Assembly (NCBI RefSeq): GCF_009834535.1 | Contig: NC_045697.1 | Span: 19,718,001 to 19,782,000, forward strand | Reading direction: 5' to 3' | DNA length: 64,000 nt | Source: Camelus ferus | Lineage: Eukaryota | Shown here: piece after piece, positions 51,263 through 62,932 of the stretch | Layout: every line of letters begins with the position of its first letter | Position numbering within the stretch: position 1 is the stretch's first letter | Position numbers and translations under genes: made by a program | Notes under the pieces: model-generated | What the model saw: the letters and a program-made list of their open reading frames with translations, nothing else | Told to the model about the DNA's origin: nothing | Database searches by the model: none

Positions 51263-53029
51263 AGATTTGACCATATTATACTTGGTTTTGTATGCTGAAG
51301 AAAAACTTGTTAGAATCTCTCCATGTATTTTTCCTTTAATATGTACAGTGGCAAACTTCAGGTGTAGCACAGAACATAAAATCAATTGAAAATGTACATT
51401 ACTCATACCTAAGTATATCTTAGGTATTTATACGTTGGATTTGTAATTGGCATCTGATGTTGGATTGGAAAAAAAAATGATGCTATTGTACCTAAGAAAC
51501 GTTTCCATGCCAGTGAGTCCTGCCTCCAGCTGCCCCTTCTTTGAGTGACCATTTCAGTGCAGATGCATAAACTTTAACCATATTAATGGAGAGTAACAAT
51601 TCCAAAAGCCATCAAGGATGGCATAGAGTATTTTGGGTAAGGGATGAAATTTTGTCAGCACTGTAAAATAAGCTGTTTGAATAAAATAATTTTGACATAT
51701 AAAATAAAAGATTTTGTTAAAGCTATTAAGCCCTCTTTTCTCTATTTCAGTAAGAAGGATCAAATGAGCAGTCTTCTTTTGTCTAGGGGAAAAGAAGAAG
51801 GAAAGAAAAGAAATTTGTGCTATGATCTGTGGAATCAAGGTTTGACGGACAGGTAGACGAGAGTTCCAAAACAAGAAGGAAAAGTGAAATGTATTACCTA
51901 GGGAGCGTCGAAAAAGATTGTGAAGGGCAAAGTGGAATTTCTAGAATTGTATGTGACTTTACCAAGAGTCAATGGATAATGTGATAACATTTCAACTGTT
52001 TTCTATTCATAACGAATTGCCTCATACAAATTTATTATGAAAGTTTATTTCTATGCAAGCCAACGGTTCTCTTTCTAAATAATTTGATTCAATCAGTGCA
52101 CATCACAGCACCGCTTGTGATTCATTCCATCCTTATGTATTTGGTAAATGAACTAATGAAAGGTCAGCATCAGGCTTTTTCAGTGCCCTGCTGTGGAAAT
52201 ATTCAGGGAATATATGATTATAGAAGTAAGATACTATTACTCATCCACTCCCATTCTTTCTGATTAAGTCTCAACATTTGATTTGAAAGTTCATATGTAA
52301 ACGTATTTTACCAAGGAGAATCAAACCTGGACACATAAACCATATTCTTGATGGTGATTTTAAAGAATTTCTTTTAGAATTTTTATTCTCACTTTCTGCT
52401 GTGTACTGCCTGACTCATTTCTTCCTGTGAGTCTAGTTACTTGGCAACAACATCCTTTCTTCCTGAGTCTTAGCAAATGCTTTTAAAGATGACATGATTG
52501 TGAATGCTGTAATCTAGAAAATAAACGGACTAAGTTTTAATAAGGTGGCCTAGTTAAAAAGAAACACGTAGTCTATTTTAGTTCTACACCGTCACAGAAT
52601 CAGAAGGTTGGAGCCGGGAGCCTTAGAGATTTGGGGGTCAAGTTCCCACATTGCACAGATGAGAAGAGAGTCAGTCATGTTAGTTTTCCTTTCCATTTCT
52701 GTTTTTCATGTCAGAATCAGAAGTTGCAAAGCAAAGGCAGAATCCAGAGACTGTAGAGGAGTCTGTTTCTAACATCGCTGCTTTCATAGGAATTCTAGCA
52801 CTGGAAGAAGAGTTTACAGTTTTCCTGCACTTGCTGTAGAAGAAACTGATGGTTTCACTTTTTTATTTGTGTTTTGTTTTAGACATAGTATATTTGTCTA
52901 CAGCTCAAATCATAAATATAAAAAAGGTAGAACACCGTAATTCATAGTCCTATCTGAATGGCACACAGTAAGAAAGGGTAATTCCTTAAAAGGAAATCAA
53001 CATGACAGACTCCTATCACCAGCCAGCTC

Positions 53030-53400
53030 TATATGAACATCAAGCAGGAATCTCATATTCTTCTAAAATGTCTAAAACAGAATTCTTGATTTCCTCTCCA
53101 AATCTGTTATTCAGAACAAAAATCAAGATGTCATCTTTGAGGCTTCTTTTTCTTTCTTAACATCAAATCCAGTTTATCAGCAATGCTTATTAACCCTACC
53201 TTCAAAATATACCCTTAATCCTGCCACTTCTCACCTCCTCCATCATCTCTGCACTAAGTGAAGACACAGTTATGGCTCATCTGAATTCCCACACCAGCTT
53301 CCTAACTTCCCTCCCTACACACTTCCCCTGTCCACTCTTCTCAACCGAGAGGCCAAAGTCATCTTTCCTAAAAGCATATCATTCCTTAGCATCCTCTGAC
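53030..53400 (+). mobile_element. L2 fragment
   Basis: catcaaatccagtttatcagcaatgc...ctaccttcaaaatatacc...ccacttctcacctcctcca. Confidence 0.8.
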
Positions 53401-53409
53401 TCTAAGGGG

Positions 53410-53645
53410 AGAAATTCAGACACACTTAAATAATAGATGCTGGTGGCAGTGGGAAAAAAAGTGGGAAAAAACAGCAAATGCCCACTACAGGGTGGAGAGA
53501 ATAAAGCCAATATCACTTAAATGATTTTAATGATGTCTCACTACGGAGTCTAGAACTGCTGAGTTTACTGTGTGGGGAAAATGTTAAAAGCCTCAGAAGG
53601 GTTGATAAGCCGATGGACTTCCATAAAGAGCGTTATATGTAAAGG
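53410..53645 (+). mobile_element. Old L1ME 3' fragment
   Basis: gtggcagtgggaaaaaaagtgggaaaaaacagcaaatgcccactacaggg. Confidence 0.4.
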
Positions 53646-54534
53646 CAGTGAAAGAGAAATAAATACATTGTTATTGAATTATTTAAAAAAAAAAAACAGC
53701 TTTGAGTTCAAGAATGTATTATATCTTGTGTTTAGTTTCTGTGGTGTGATAAAAAAAAAAAAAGCCTTCAACTATTTTAGCCCCAGAGTCATTTCAAATT
53801 ATTTATAACAAAGGTTATTGAAAGAAGGATGAGAGCTCACCTTTGAACAGCCAGAGACTTAAGAAACAAATGTCTGTTTGTTAATAAGAAAGAGCAGGCG
53901 CAAGCTTGGGATGCAAGCTTGGAGGAAGGCTGCCATGCTGCCCAGAAACAGTAGATGGCGGTGGTGTGCCAGAAGAGAGCTTGGCGGGTTGGGACTGAGG
54001 CTTGCAGGAGGTAGTTTATGCAGGTGCAGGCTAAAAAAGACACTGTTTTGTCTGAGGAACTGTAAATTGTATTCATGATTCACATATCATTATTAATTCA
54101 TTTTGTATTCATTATCATACTGCAGCTTCATCTGGCATTTAGGCAGATGTCAGAGTGTAGGCACTTCCGGGAGCTGTCAGTGCAGGTTCAGACCAGGCTA
54201 TCTGTGTGCAGATTTTTGTGGATACTAAGTGGAGAGGAGAAATGCTTTTTTTTCTTTTTTTTTTTTAAAAACCACGACACAATTTGGCTGAAGACCGTAC
54301 CAGGAATTGCCCAGCTAATGACTTTCAGTGTCTAATTCTGTGATTACTGTGTGTGTCGTTACTTGCCTCCGCATATTTTTGGCAGATTAAGTCTGGCAAA
54401 TGAGAATCTCCCAGGTTGGAGAGCTCTGAATGAGATAAAAATTTAATAATCTCATTGCTGACCCAGCCACTAAGGGTAGAACAGATAATCCTTTAATAAT
54501 GTACTTCAGAAGCCTGGTTTGCGTAGCCAGAGAC

Positions 54535-54722
54535 TGGAGGCAGCCTGGTGTAGTGGGGAGAGAGCCTTTGAGACAGAAAAATGATGGACTGTGGTGTTGG
54601 CTCTGCCACTAACTAGCTCTGGGACTTTGGGACAATCAATTAACCTTCCCAGGTCTCCGGTTCTTAATCTATAAAATTAAGGGATTGCATGAGATCATCC
54701 CAAAAGTCCCCTCCCATGCTAA
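54535..54722 (+). mobile_element. MIR SINE
   Basis: ggcagcctggtgtagtgg...ggctctgccactaactagctctgggactttgggacaatcaattaacct. Confidence 0.88.
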
Positions 54723-55199
54723 AAATAGCAAAATTTCCTGATGAAAAAAAAAAGCGCATATCACATAGAGTTTTAAAACTCTTCTTTGTGACCTACTTCA
54801 AATCAGAGGAGTTGTAAAGCTCGCCATGAATTGTACGAGCGTATCATCTGTGAGTAAATGCACCTCAAGCTGTTACGAGTGTAATTTCTCACCAGAGGCT
54901 GGGGCAGTATCACATAGAAGTAACAATATTTGGTCTTGAAGCCTTTCTTAAATCTCAGAAATGACAGAAGAAAAACGTCAAGAGGAGGGTCTAATTTCAG
55001 GACTACTTTCTTATGAACACAGTTTGACAAACTGTGTGTCCTGCCGTGGCGCATGCCTCCCAAACGTGCAAAGCGCTGATACATTTGGAAACATCTCCGA
55101 ACGCGAAACCAGATTTTTCTCAGTGCAGAAGTCAGTCTAGAAATGAAGCAGATGCTCAGAGAAGCTCATTAACTCTTTGAGGATAGGAGATACTTCTCT

Positions 55200-55730
55200 C
55201 CACTGCAGTATGGAAACTGAGTTCTCTGATAGGGTGTATCCAGTCTCATTTGCTCCTTGATTAACACAGGAAATAGTGGGCTGATTGGTAAATTCCCAAA
55301 TAAAAACCATTGATATTGAGCAGTCAGACAGATCTAGTGGATAAAGATAAGCAGGTTCTTTAGGGGAAAACCATGTTTGACTAATCTATTTTTTTTTTAA
55401 AGAGATGGCCAGTAAACATGGTAAGTGTACAAATTTATGATTTCAAAACTTTGGACAGGGTTTCAAAGGAGGAATATTTCGTTTAAGAGCAACTGTCAGA
55501 AAGGGAAAGATGTTTTGTCGTAGATCTCACACTTCCACCTCTTTGGTAATGAATGGATGAGTGAAGCATGAAAAGAACAATCCCTCAGGCATCAAAGTTG
55601 AGACTCATTGTTTAGTCTGATTATCCAAGATCAGGTAGAGGGAGTCCCAGTCTTCCATCTAGTCTGCAGGTGATGTAAGCTCCTCAGTGCTACTAAATGC
55701 TGGATCAATTGCGATTACATTGCATGAGTG
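55200..55730 (+). mobile_element. CR1/L3 reverse-transcriptase remnant
   Basis: RFFRGKPCLTNL (55353-55388; cf. GFxKGKSCLTNL), IPQASKL (from 55580; cf. GVPQGSVLGP) and an SAGD-like remnant of FADD near 55662. Confidence 0.7.
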
Positions 55731-56169
55731 TTTCATTAGGTTAAAAGGACTGAAAAATGAGAAGGAACTTCATTCTACAAACACTAAGCAATTACTACGT
55801 GCTCGGAATTCTGTTAGTGCAGGAAATACGGAGATGTTCAGATACAGTTAAGAGAGCAGGTGTGTGCTACTGCAGTGAGTGATGTCCTAGGAGATCTTGG
55901 GTGTGATGAGGGAATGGGGTTACCTGGAGGTACTGCGGAGGACAACAGGAGTAAAACAAGACCAGGGTTTGTGAATAGCTGGAGGATAGGAAGGAGTAAT
56001 GCAAATTTAAAGGCAAGAAGTAGGATGTGGAAAGACATGGGAGACTAAGAGAACATACAGTATTTATTGAGCATTAATTAGTGTGATATGACAGAGGGAA
56101 AAAAGATTCCTGAGGTTAAGTTGTGGGAGATGTGGTTAGGGAGGGAGTCAAGGGCCAGTTCTTGAGGGA

Positions 56170-56350
56170 TGTTAGACTGTGGGAGCATCAGGTGCTTTTA
56201 AGTGAGACAGACCCAGTCTTGAATTCTTTCCTGTCATTTACTGTGTGTCTCTGGGAAGGTTGCTTAGTTCTGAGTAACAGTTTCTTAATCTCTAATGTGA
56301 GGGTAGTGATGTCAACCTCAGAGGCTCACTGTGCGGTTTTGACCTGGGTC
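56170..56350 (+). mobile_element. MIR SINE
   Basis: gagacagacccagtcttgaattctttcctgtcatttactgtgtgtctctggg...cagtttcttaatctctaatgtgagggtagtgat. Confidence 0.75.
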
Positions 56351-57465
56351 TCTGCCGGTTGCCTGTCTGTCAAATGGAGAGCAACATCTCAGCTTTCAGG
56401 CAGGTGCATAAGGTTGGGGAAGCAGTACTGGATCTCTGTGAGCAATCCTCAGCTCTCTGTCCACAGACTGAAGAGAGGAAATTCCTCTAAGCATGGCCGT
56501 GGACTGACTCTCCTTGTCTCCTTCTCAGCATCCTTAGGATGAGTGAATGTGGTTGATAGCATCACCAGGTGTGTGATGTTAGAGGCAGCCTGCCTAAGGA
56601 ACATGATGGCAGAGGAAATCCCTCTTAATGCCCCCAGATTGTGTCCTCTTAGCTCTTTTGGTTTCAAAATAAAGGGTCAGGTTCACTCAAGCTGTGGCTG
56701 ACCTCTCTAGAAAGATCAACACCTCTGCTCCTATTTCATGAAAACATTGCCACAGCAACATCTTTTTGCATCCTTTTGGACCTCTGGCATGCAGTTAACG
56801 CAGGCCCCAGAAAGCTAAGAAATGAAGAGTTTGCAAATTAAAATAACTTTTAACTCTAACTGCGACCTTCTAAGTTCACCTCCTATTCTATATTTTATCT
56901 AAAATATGACCAGTTAGGTGATCCAGTAATACTGTGCAGGAAGCCAGGTGAAGTGTGTGAATAACATGATTATTCTAAGGATAAAATATTTTTAAATGTT
57001 ATCACTTAAAACTTTGAATACTGTCTGCCATCATTAAATTCATAAGTAGGAATCGAAGCCCCTAATTGGAACCCTTATTCTGTTTTAAGTTAAAACTGAA
57101 AACAAAGTTTTAAGTTAAACCCCAAAGAAATTAATCCAAAAGTGAGGGGTTTTTCCTCTTTAATTTCTTTCTCTACTCAATTTCAGTCAGATAAGTCTTG
57201 GTCAAACGCCTGTGGAAATAGAGTTTCCCTTATTTGTTATAGCTTGGGTCCATTTATTGGAAGGACTAAGGTTCAATCAGGACCTCTGAAATTCAAATAC
57301 TTTTACTCAAAGTTTCTCATGTGCCCTAGTTTTTAGAAGTTCAAAAAATTAACCCACCACATGAGATCTTCACAGCACTGGTACCAAACCCTCACCATTT
57401 GGAGAACACATGCAACCCCAGCATCTACATGAGTTATACGTAAATGGTGTCTTTATAATCCAGTG

Positions 57466-57676
57466 CAGTTGACCCTTGAGCAGTGTGGGGGTTAAGGGTG
57501 CCGACCTTCCATGCAGTCAAAAATCCAAGTATAATTTATAGTCGGCCTTCCATACCCTTGGTTCTGTGGATTCAGCCAACCACTGGTCATGCGGTACCGC
57601 AGTATTTACTACTGAAAATAATCTGCATGTAAGTGGACACACACAGTTCAAACCTGTGTTGCTCAAGGGTTGGTTG
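57466..57676. mobile_element. Tigger2-family MITE (Tigger2a-like)
   Basis: TIRs cagttgacccttgagca / tgctcaagggttggttg; internal aagtggac...cagttcaaacctgtgttg. Confidence 0.85.
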
Positions 57677-58444
57677 AACTTGGTTTATTTCGAACCCAAA
57701 TTACTGTTAAAGACCAAAGACAGAAAGAAGAGTAAATTTCCTCAACTGTGTCTCTACTAGAATCTCAAGCAACCTAGTCTGGTTGTTCACAGTCTAAGAC
57801 CTGTGAGCTTAGAGCCCACTTCCCGACATGATGGTGTACATTATAGCACCATTCTTATCAGATAGCGGGGGGAGGACCCACCTAAGCAAACCGATTCCCA
57901 TCTCTCAGAATATTATTTGAGACATTTGAGCCTTTTTGAAGAGTTTGCAAATTTGTACTAGTGGTTCCTCGACTGATTCCTTTTTTCCTCCATCCTCCAT
58001 AATTTGAAACCTATTAAATCCCCCACCCCCTTGGATGCCGAGTAATGCTCTCTCTCCACGTTTGTCTCATCTGCAGAATCAGCAACAGCAGATCTCCGCC
58101 CTCAGGTGCGGCTCAGGCTTCAGAAGGTGTTGCCCCAGGAGACCCAGTAAATGCTGAGACCTTGTTACATGTGCTCACCCTAAGAGTTGCCTTTCCTCTG
58201 CTTTGCTTTTGGATTTCTCGGAACTGAAATAACTTGCTGTATTTTGCTGGCAAAGCACATCCTTTCTACCGTTTCATCTTTTTCTGCTACAGTGGGCTAG
58301 TCCTCAAATACTTTGATCCTCTCCCTGTTTCTCCTTTCCAGAAGGCCCTGCTAAGTTTATTATTATTGATTCTTTGTCCTTAATGATTTACCCATGACTG
58401 TTGCAAATTTTTGTTCACTTAAGTTCTTTTATTATTATTAAGGC

Positions 58445-58720
58445 TTTTTAAAAAGAGAAATTAAATATGTTTAGAGCAAAATTAGGGGCAAGGTACAGAT
58501 ATTTCCCATATATTCCCATTTCTCCTGCCACCACACATGCAGAGCTTCCCCCATGATCAGCATCCCCCACCAGAGGGGTAGTTTTTTTACAACTGATGAA
58601 CCTACATTGACACATCATAATCACCCATGGTCTGTAATTTATATTAACGTTCACTCTTAGTGTTGGACAAATCTATAGTGATGTATACCACCATTATGGT
58701 ATCATACAGAATACCCTAAA
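58445..58720 (-). mobile_element. L1MC-type 3' end
   Basis: Homologous to 1180-1480 (catcccccaccagagggg...gatgaacctacattgacacatcataatcaccca). Confidence 0.88.
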
Positions 58721-58840
58721 TACAGGTGTCGTGTCCTGTTGAGTTTTGAGCATTCTTGTCTGCTCCCTAAATTGATTTTTTTCCTTTTACATCACATGTG
58801 GGGTGAACACTGCTTGTAGTGTTTTATTCGCTCTCCTTTT

Positions 58841-59197
58841 TTTTTTTCCTCTTTTCTTTTTTATTTTTATTGAAGTATAGTTAATTTATAATATGTCGAT
58901 TTCTGGTGTACAGCATAATGTTTCAGTCATACATGTACATACATATACTCCTTTTCATATTCTTTTTCATTATAGGTTACTACAAGATATTGAATATAGT
59001 CCCCTGTGCCGTACAGTAGAAACTTGTTGTTTATCTGGTTTCATAAGGATTTTCCTTGTAGTTCCAATAGTAAATATTCCACCCAAGTTCAGTGGTATTT
59101 TGTGTGAATTGATCTGTATGTAGACGTAGTATTTGATGTATTTGTGCGAGAGGGTGAGCACTGGGTCCTTCTACTCTGCCATCTTGGTAATTCCCTC
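58841..59197 (-). mobile_element. Bipartite mini-L1: 163 nt of L1 5' terminus joined to about 190 nt of L1 3' terminus
   Basis: Minus strand begins gagggaattaccaagatggcagagtagaaggac...cacaaatacatc (L1 5' end with a YY1-like aagatggc) and joins at aaaccAG|ataaacaacaag to the L1 3' UTR and A tail. 15-bp TSD with 2 mismatches at 58826-58840 / 59198-59212. Confidence 0.8.
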
Positions 59198-59239
59198 ATA
59201 CACTCTCCTTTTAACTTTCCCTGCTCTCTGAGGTCTGGA

Positions 59240-59642
59240 CTTTTCTTTCCTTATATTCTCTATATTTTATATGATCTGCCCTTTAGTAAGAGATACGATG
59301 CCAGACCTTGGCTCTAATCTGTTATTTTGCTCTCTGGTTCTTCCTCCTTTTTTGTATACTCTTTGCTTCTCTTTGAGTCTCATTCCCATTAGTAAGACCT
59401 TCCTTGGCCACCAATTCCTGCCTCAATGGACAGTTCCTGTTCTTCCCTACTCTTCTGTTTTCCTTATCACTCGCCGCTTTCTCTCATGCTACATACTCCC
59501 TATTAATCTAGTTTATTTTCTCTCTCTCCGAGACCTATGCTCCATGCGTATAGGGATTTGTGGCCTCTATTCCCTTTATATCCCCAGAAGCAAAAGCATT
59601 GCCTCGCAAATAGTAAATGCTCAAAAATTATACTGAATGAAC
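59240..59642 (+). mobile_element. L2 3' part
   Basis: agacctatgctccatgcgtatagggatttgtg...tatccccagaagc...aaatgctcaaaaattatactgaatgaa. Confidence 0.75.
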
Positions 59643-61519
59643 TTTTTGCAGGGTGTGGGGAGCAACAGCTATGTTTTCAACCACCACAGTGATCTTGAAA
59701 CAAACCTGAAAAGGCTTAAAGTTATTTTATGATCTATCCCCTCTCAAATGTTCAAATAATCTGTAACTGCCGTCCCAGCTGGCCGTCCCAGTCTTCATGA
59801 AGTGGTTTCCTAACTGCTGCTGCTAGATGCTTCCCATCTGCTGTTATAAGATGATGCTTCTCATTGCTTTCTTGGATGTGAGCTCCTTCCAGAGAAGTCG
59901 CTCAGGCTCACTGCTGAGAAATGCTGCCATTTCCAGAGGAAGAGAATTTAGTGTAAATGTAGCTCATTTCCCCTTTGATTTAGTTTAAATCTGATGGTAA
60001 AGACCTCAAGGTGCCTCTTTGGTGGGTCCCTTTCTTTCTTCATCCCTTGAAAATCTGCCTTTTGCTTTTTCCAAAGGTAAAAACCATTGCTTGAGCCATA
60101 GTCATTTAACACATTTAAATTTCTCTATATTTTACCCCTATGTCTTGCAAATTACCTGTAAACCTTATTTCTAAGGTGAATGTATGTATAGCATTTCTTT
60201 GCTGAGTTTTAACTTAGTGATAATCTCTTCCAATATCCCTTAAACTTAGGTTCAAGTAAAAGTCATTTCCAACATAATATGCCTCTCTCTCTTGTTCTTC
60301 CTTATCTGTTAGTTAATAAAGTCCACCATTCTTCTGTGGTTCAATCCAGTCTCTGTCTTGGAGGTCTTATTATGCCTTGGTGACAGAACATTTAGTGACC
60401 ACATCAGAGTCAATCTGAAAATACATGGTAGGACGTGGCTCTCTGGGAGTGTTGAGTATGTCACAGAGTCTAAGAGATCAGCTCCATGGCTCGGCTCCTC
60501 TTTACTCTCTTTGGAATCGGATGCACTTTCAAGTGTGGCAAGAGGAAGGAATTTGAAACAGCTAAACTGATAGCCTTTATTAATGTCAAACACGAACAAT
60601 ACAAAGACTAAAACCTCACCCAGTCATATGATAGCCCCCATGGATATGAACTGTTCTTGCAGATTGAAGCCTCAGCCAGTTGACAATGAGAAACACTGCA
60701 AGAACAAAAATCATTTCACCCCTCAGTGCCTGAGAAGCCTGTGTCAAGTGAGCCTTGACTGGAACTAAGAGACTTGCTTGCCCTCGATAATTTAATCCCT
60801 ATCTCATTCCTGCCTGCTTGGGTCAAAGCTGCACCCACATCAGCCAAGGTCAGCCATAGTGTGAGCTGTGCTCCCTAAGTCCTAGGCTACTCATGAAATA
60901 GCTGCTGAACGCCACAGACATCTGCTGCAGTAAGCTGATGAGTGCTGCCATCCTGGAAGGTCAAGGACGCCAGCCTCACTGGAAGCATCCATTTACCCAT
61001 GTGGTATTGTTTCATGTAACACCTCCCCCTTGCTGGCTCTTTCAAGGTTCCTGGCCAGTGTGCCAGTATATTGAAATTGTAGGATCCTAATAAATAACTG
61101 TTGGAATAGTGATATTTCCAATAGATCTTTCCTTCATTCCCTGCTACACACAAACTTGAAAAAGTAGATACATTCGTGAATATTATAATGACAGTTTTAT
61201 GATCAAAAGAGAGAGATTGGAGGGGAGACTTAAGTTGTGTGCTGTTTATAGCACTTTAAAATTCTGTCCTTCGTTAACTAGATTTACCTAATTAAAACGA
61301 TAGGCCACCTTGCAAAAAAAAAAAAAAGCCCAAAACAATAAAACACAGATTACCTAAGTGCACTGCAGGAAGGAGAGAATATGTACTTGAGACCGAGAGC
61401 CCCTACCCTAGAAAAACATGGGAGACTAAGGCGTGCACGTGCTCTAATCTTAGCTAGCAACCACGCAAGGGAGCATGTAAGGAAGGTCAGTGTCCCCCCA
61501 AACTCTCCTCTCTCACGGC

Positions 61520-61760
61520 TCGGCAGTGGGGCTACGTTGGTGAGCAGAACTAAGTCAATGCATATCACCATGGAGTTGAAAATCTAGTGGGAGAAATTGA
61601 TACCAAAAATTTAAACAAAAAATTCCAGATAGTAATACTGTATAAGGAGGTAAGAAAAGTTGTATATGAGACAATGATATATAAGATGTTCTAAGTATGA
61701 ATAGAGAGAGATGTGCTGTTTAACACAGAGAGCAGAGGGAAGGGAATGTTAGTGTCAGGT
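61520..61760 (-). mobile_element. L2 fragment
   Basis: ggggctacgttggtgagcagaactaag...catggagttgaaaatctagtgggaga. Confidence 0.55.
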
Positions 61761-62734
61761 GATAGATGGAAACAATAGGCTAGGAAGTAAACTGTGTTAA
61801 AATAAAAAAAAAACTGACTTAACAGCACTGCATAAAAACTGAATTTACAAAGTTAATTTGGTGATATCCCCAAACTTTCTTGAGATTGGCTCAAGAAGGA
61901 CATCATCACTAATAAGAACTGGCCCATTCGTTGGCTTTACACAGATAAAAGAATGATGTAACCATTTAAGCCTGGGAAAATGATAATGAATAAAGTTAAT
62001 AATATACATGATCTATGTATTTTTTTATCCAGAAAGACTAGATTAAAATTTTTAATGTCTATGGATCTGACTGCTTATGATTTGGCTCTTTACTGAGGGA
62101 TAGGTGCAATGCTTCTCCAAGTTCTCCTGGTTGGACAGAGGTGGCATTGTGCAAATATCACTTCCAAGAAGTAAGTGTGCAAAGTTCAGATTCCAGCTGA
62201 TCACCTCTCACGTGTGTTACAATGATCAGGGTATTTGAACATTCTGAGCTACTATTTTTTAAAATTTAATATGAAGAGAGCAATGTCCTCTTTGATTTCA
62301 TTTATTCATTCAGTACCCAGATGTCATCTCTGATCTCAAGAAGATTTTAATCCAGTGGATGATAAGAAAGATAGTTGATGGACATAAGCCCAGTACCTAC
62401 TCAAGTAGACGCCACAGACTTCCAGCCTTGACTGTAATCATTTAGCATCTGTACCATATTTCAGGTCATTAAGGTGGTTTCTCAGTCATTTTTTCATGAA
62501 GGAAATTGAAACTTAAACAATAATTTTGTTGATATGTTGACGGACAAAAGAACAGGGAAGAAAGATACTTGTAGGAAAAAGAATAAAAGACACCAGGTTA
62601 AACTGAAGACATAAGAGTATGGGGCTATATACATCAGGAGAGATAAAATGATGTTAGCATTACATTGGCAATGATTGTGATCAAATTTTGTGATCATTAC
62701 TTGTTTTTATTTACATCAAAGTCTGACAAATACT

Positions 62735-62932
62735 ACTATGTGGCAGAATGAAAGAGGCAAAGGACCTTGGAGCCAGACTTCAAGGTGCAAATCTGTGACC
62801 TTGGGTAAGATACAGATCTCTGTGCCCCAGTCTTCTCATCTATCGAATGAGGACAGTAGCAATACCTATGTCACAGGAAACACTAAGCATTGTCTAGCAC
62901 ATTGTAAGCACCATGTGTTTACTTAATTGAGG
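62735..62932 (+). mobile_element. MIR SINE
   Basis: ttggagccagac...tgtgaccttgggtaag...tctctgtgccccagtcttctcatct. Confidence 0.85.

Noticed and set aside
58077..58105. Possible micro-exon (ctgcag|aatcagcaacagcagatctccgccctcag|gtgcgg)
   Set aside because: Weak donor, 29 nt, and no partner exons identifiable.
61370..61525. CpG-containing segment with gtgcacgtgc next to an L2 fragment
   Set aside because: Could not be assigned to any RNA or repeat family; no TSD or convincing structure.
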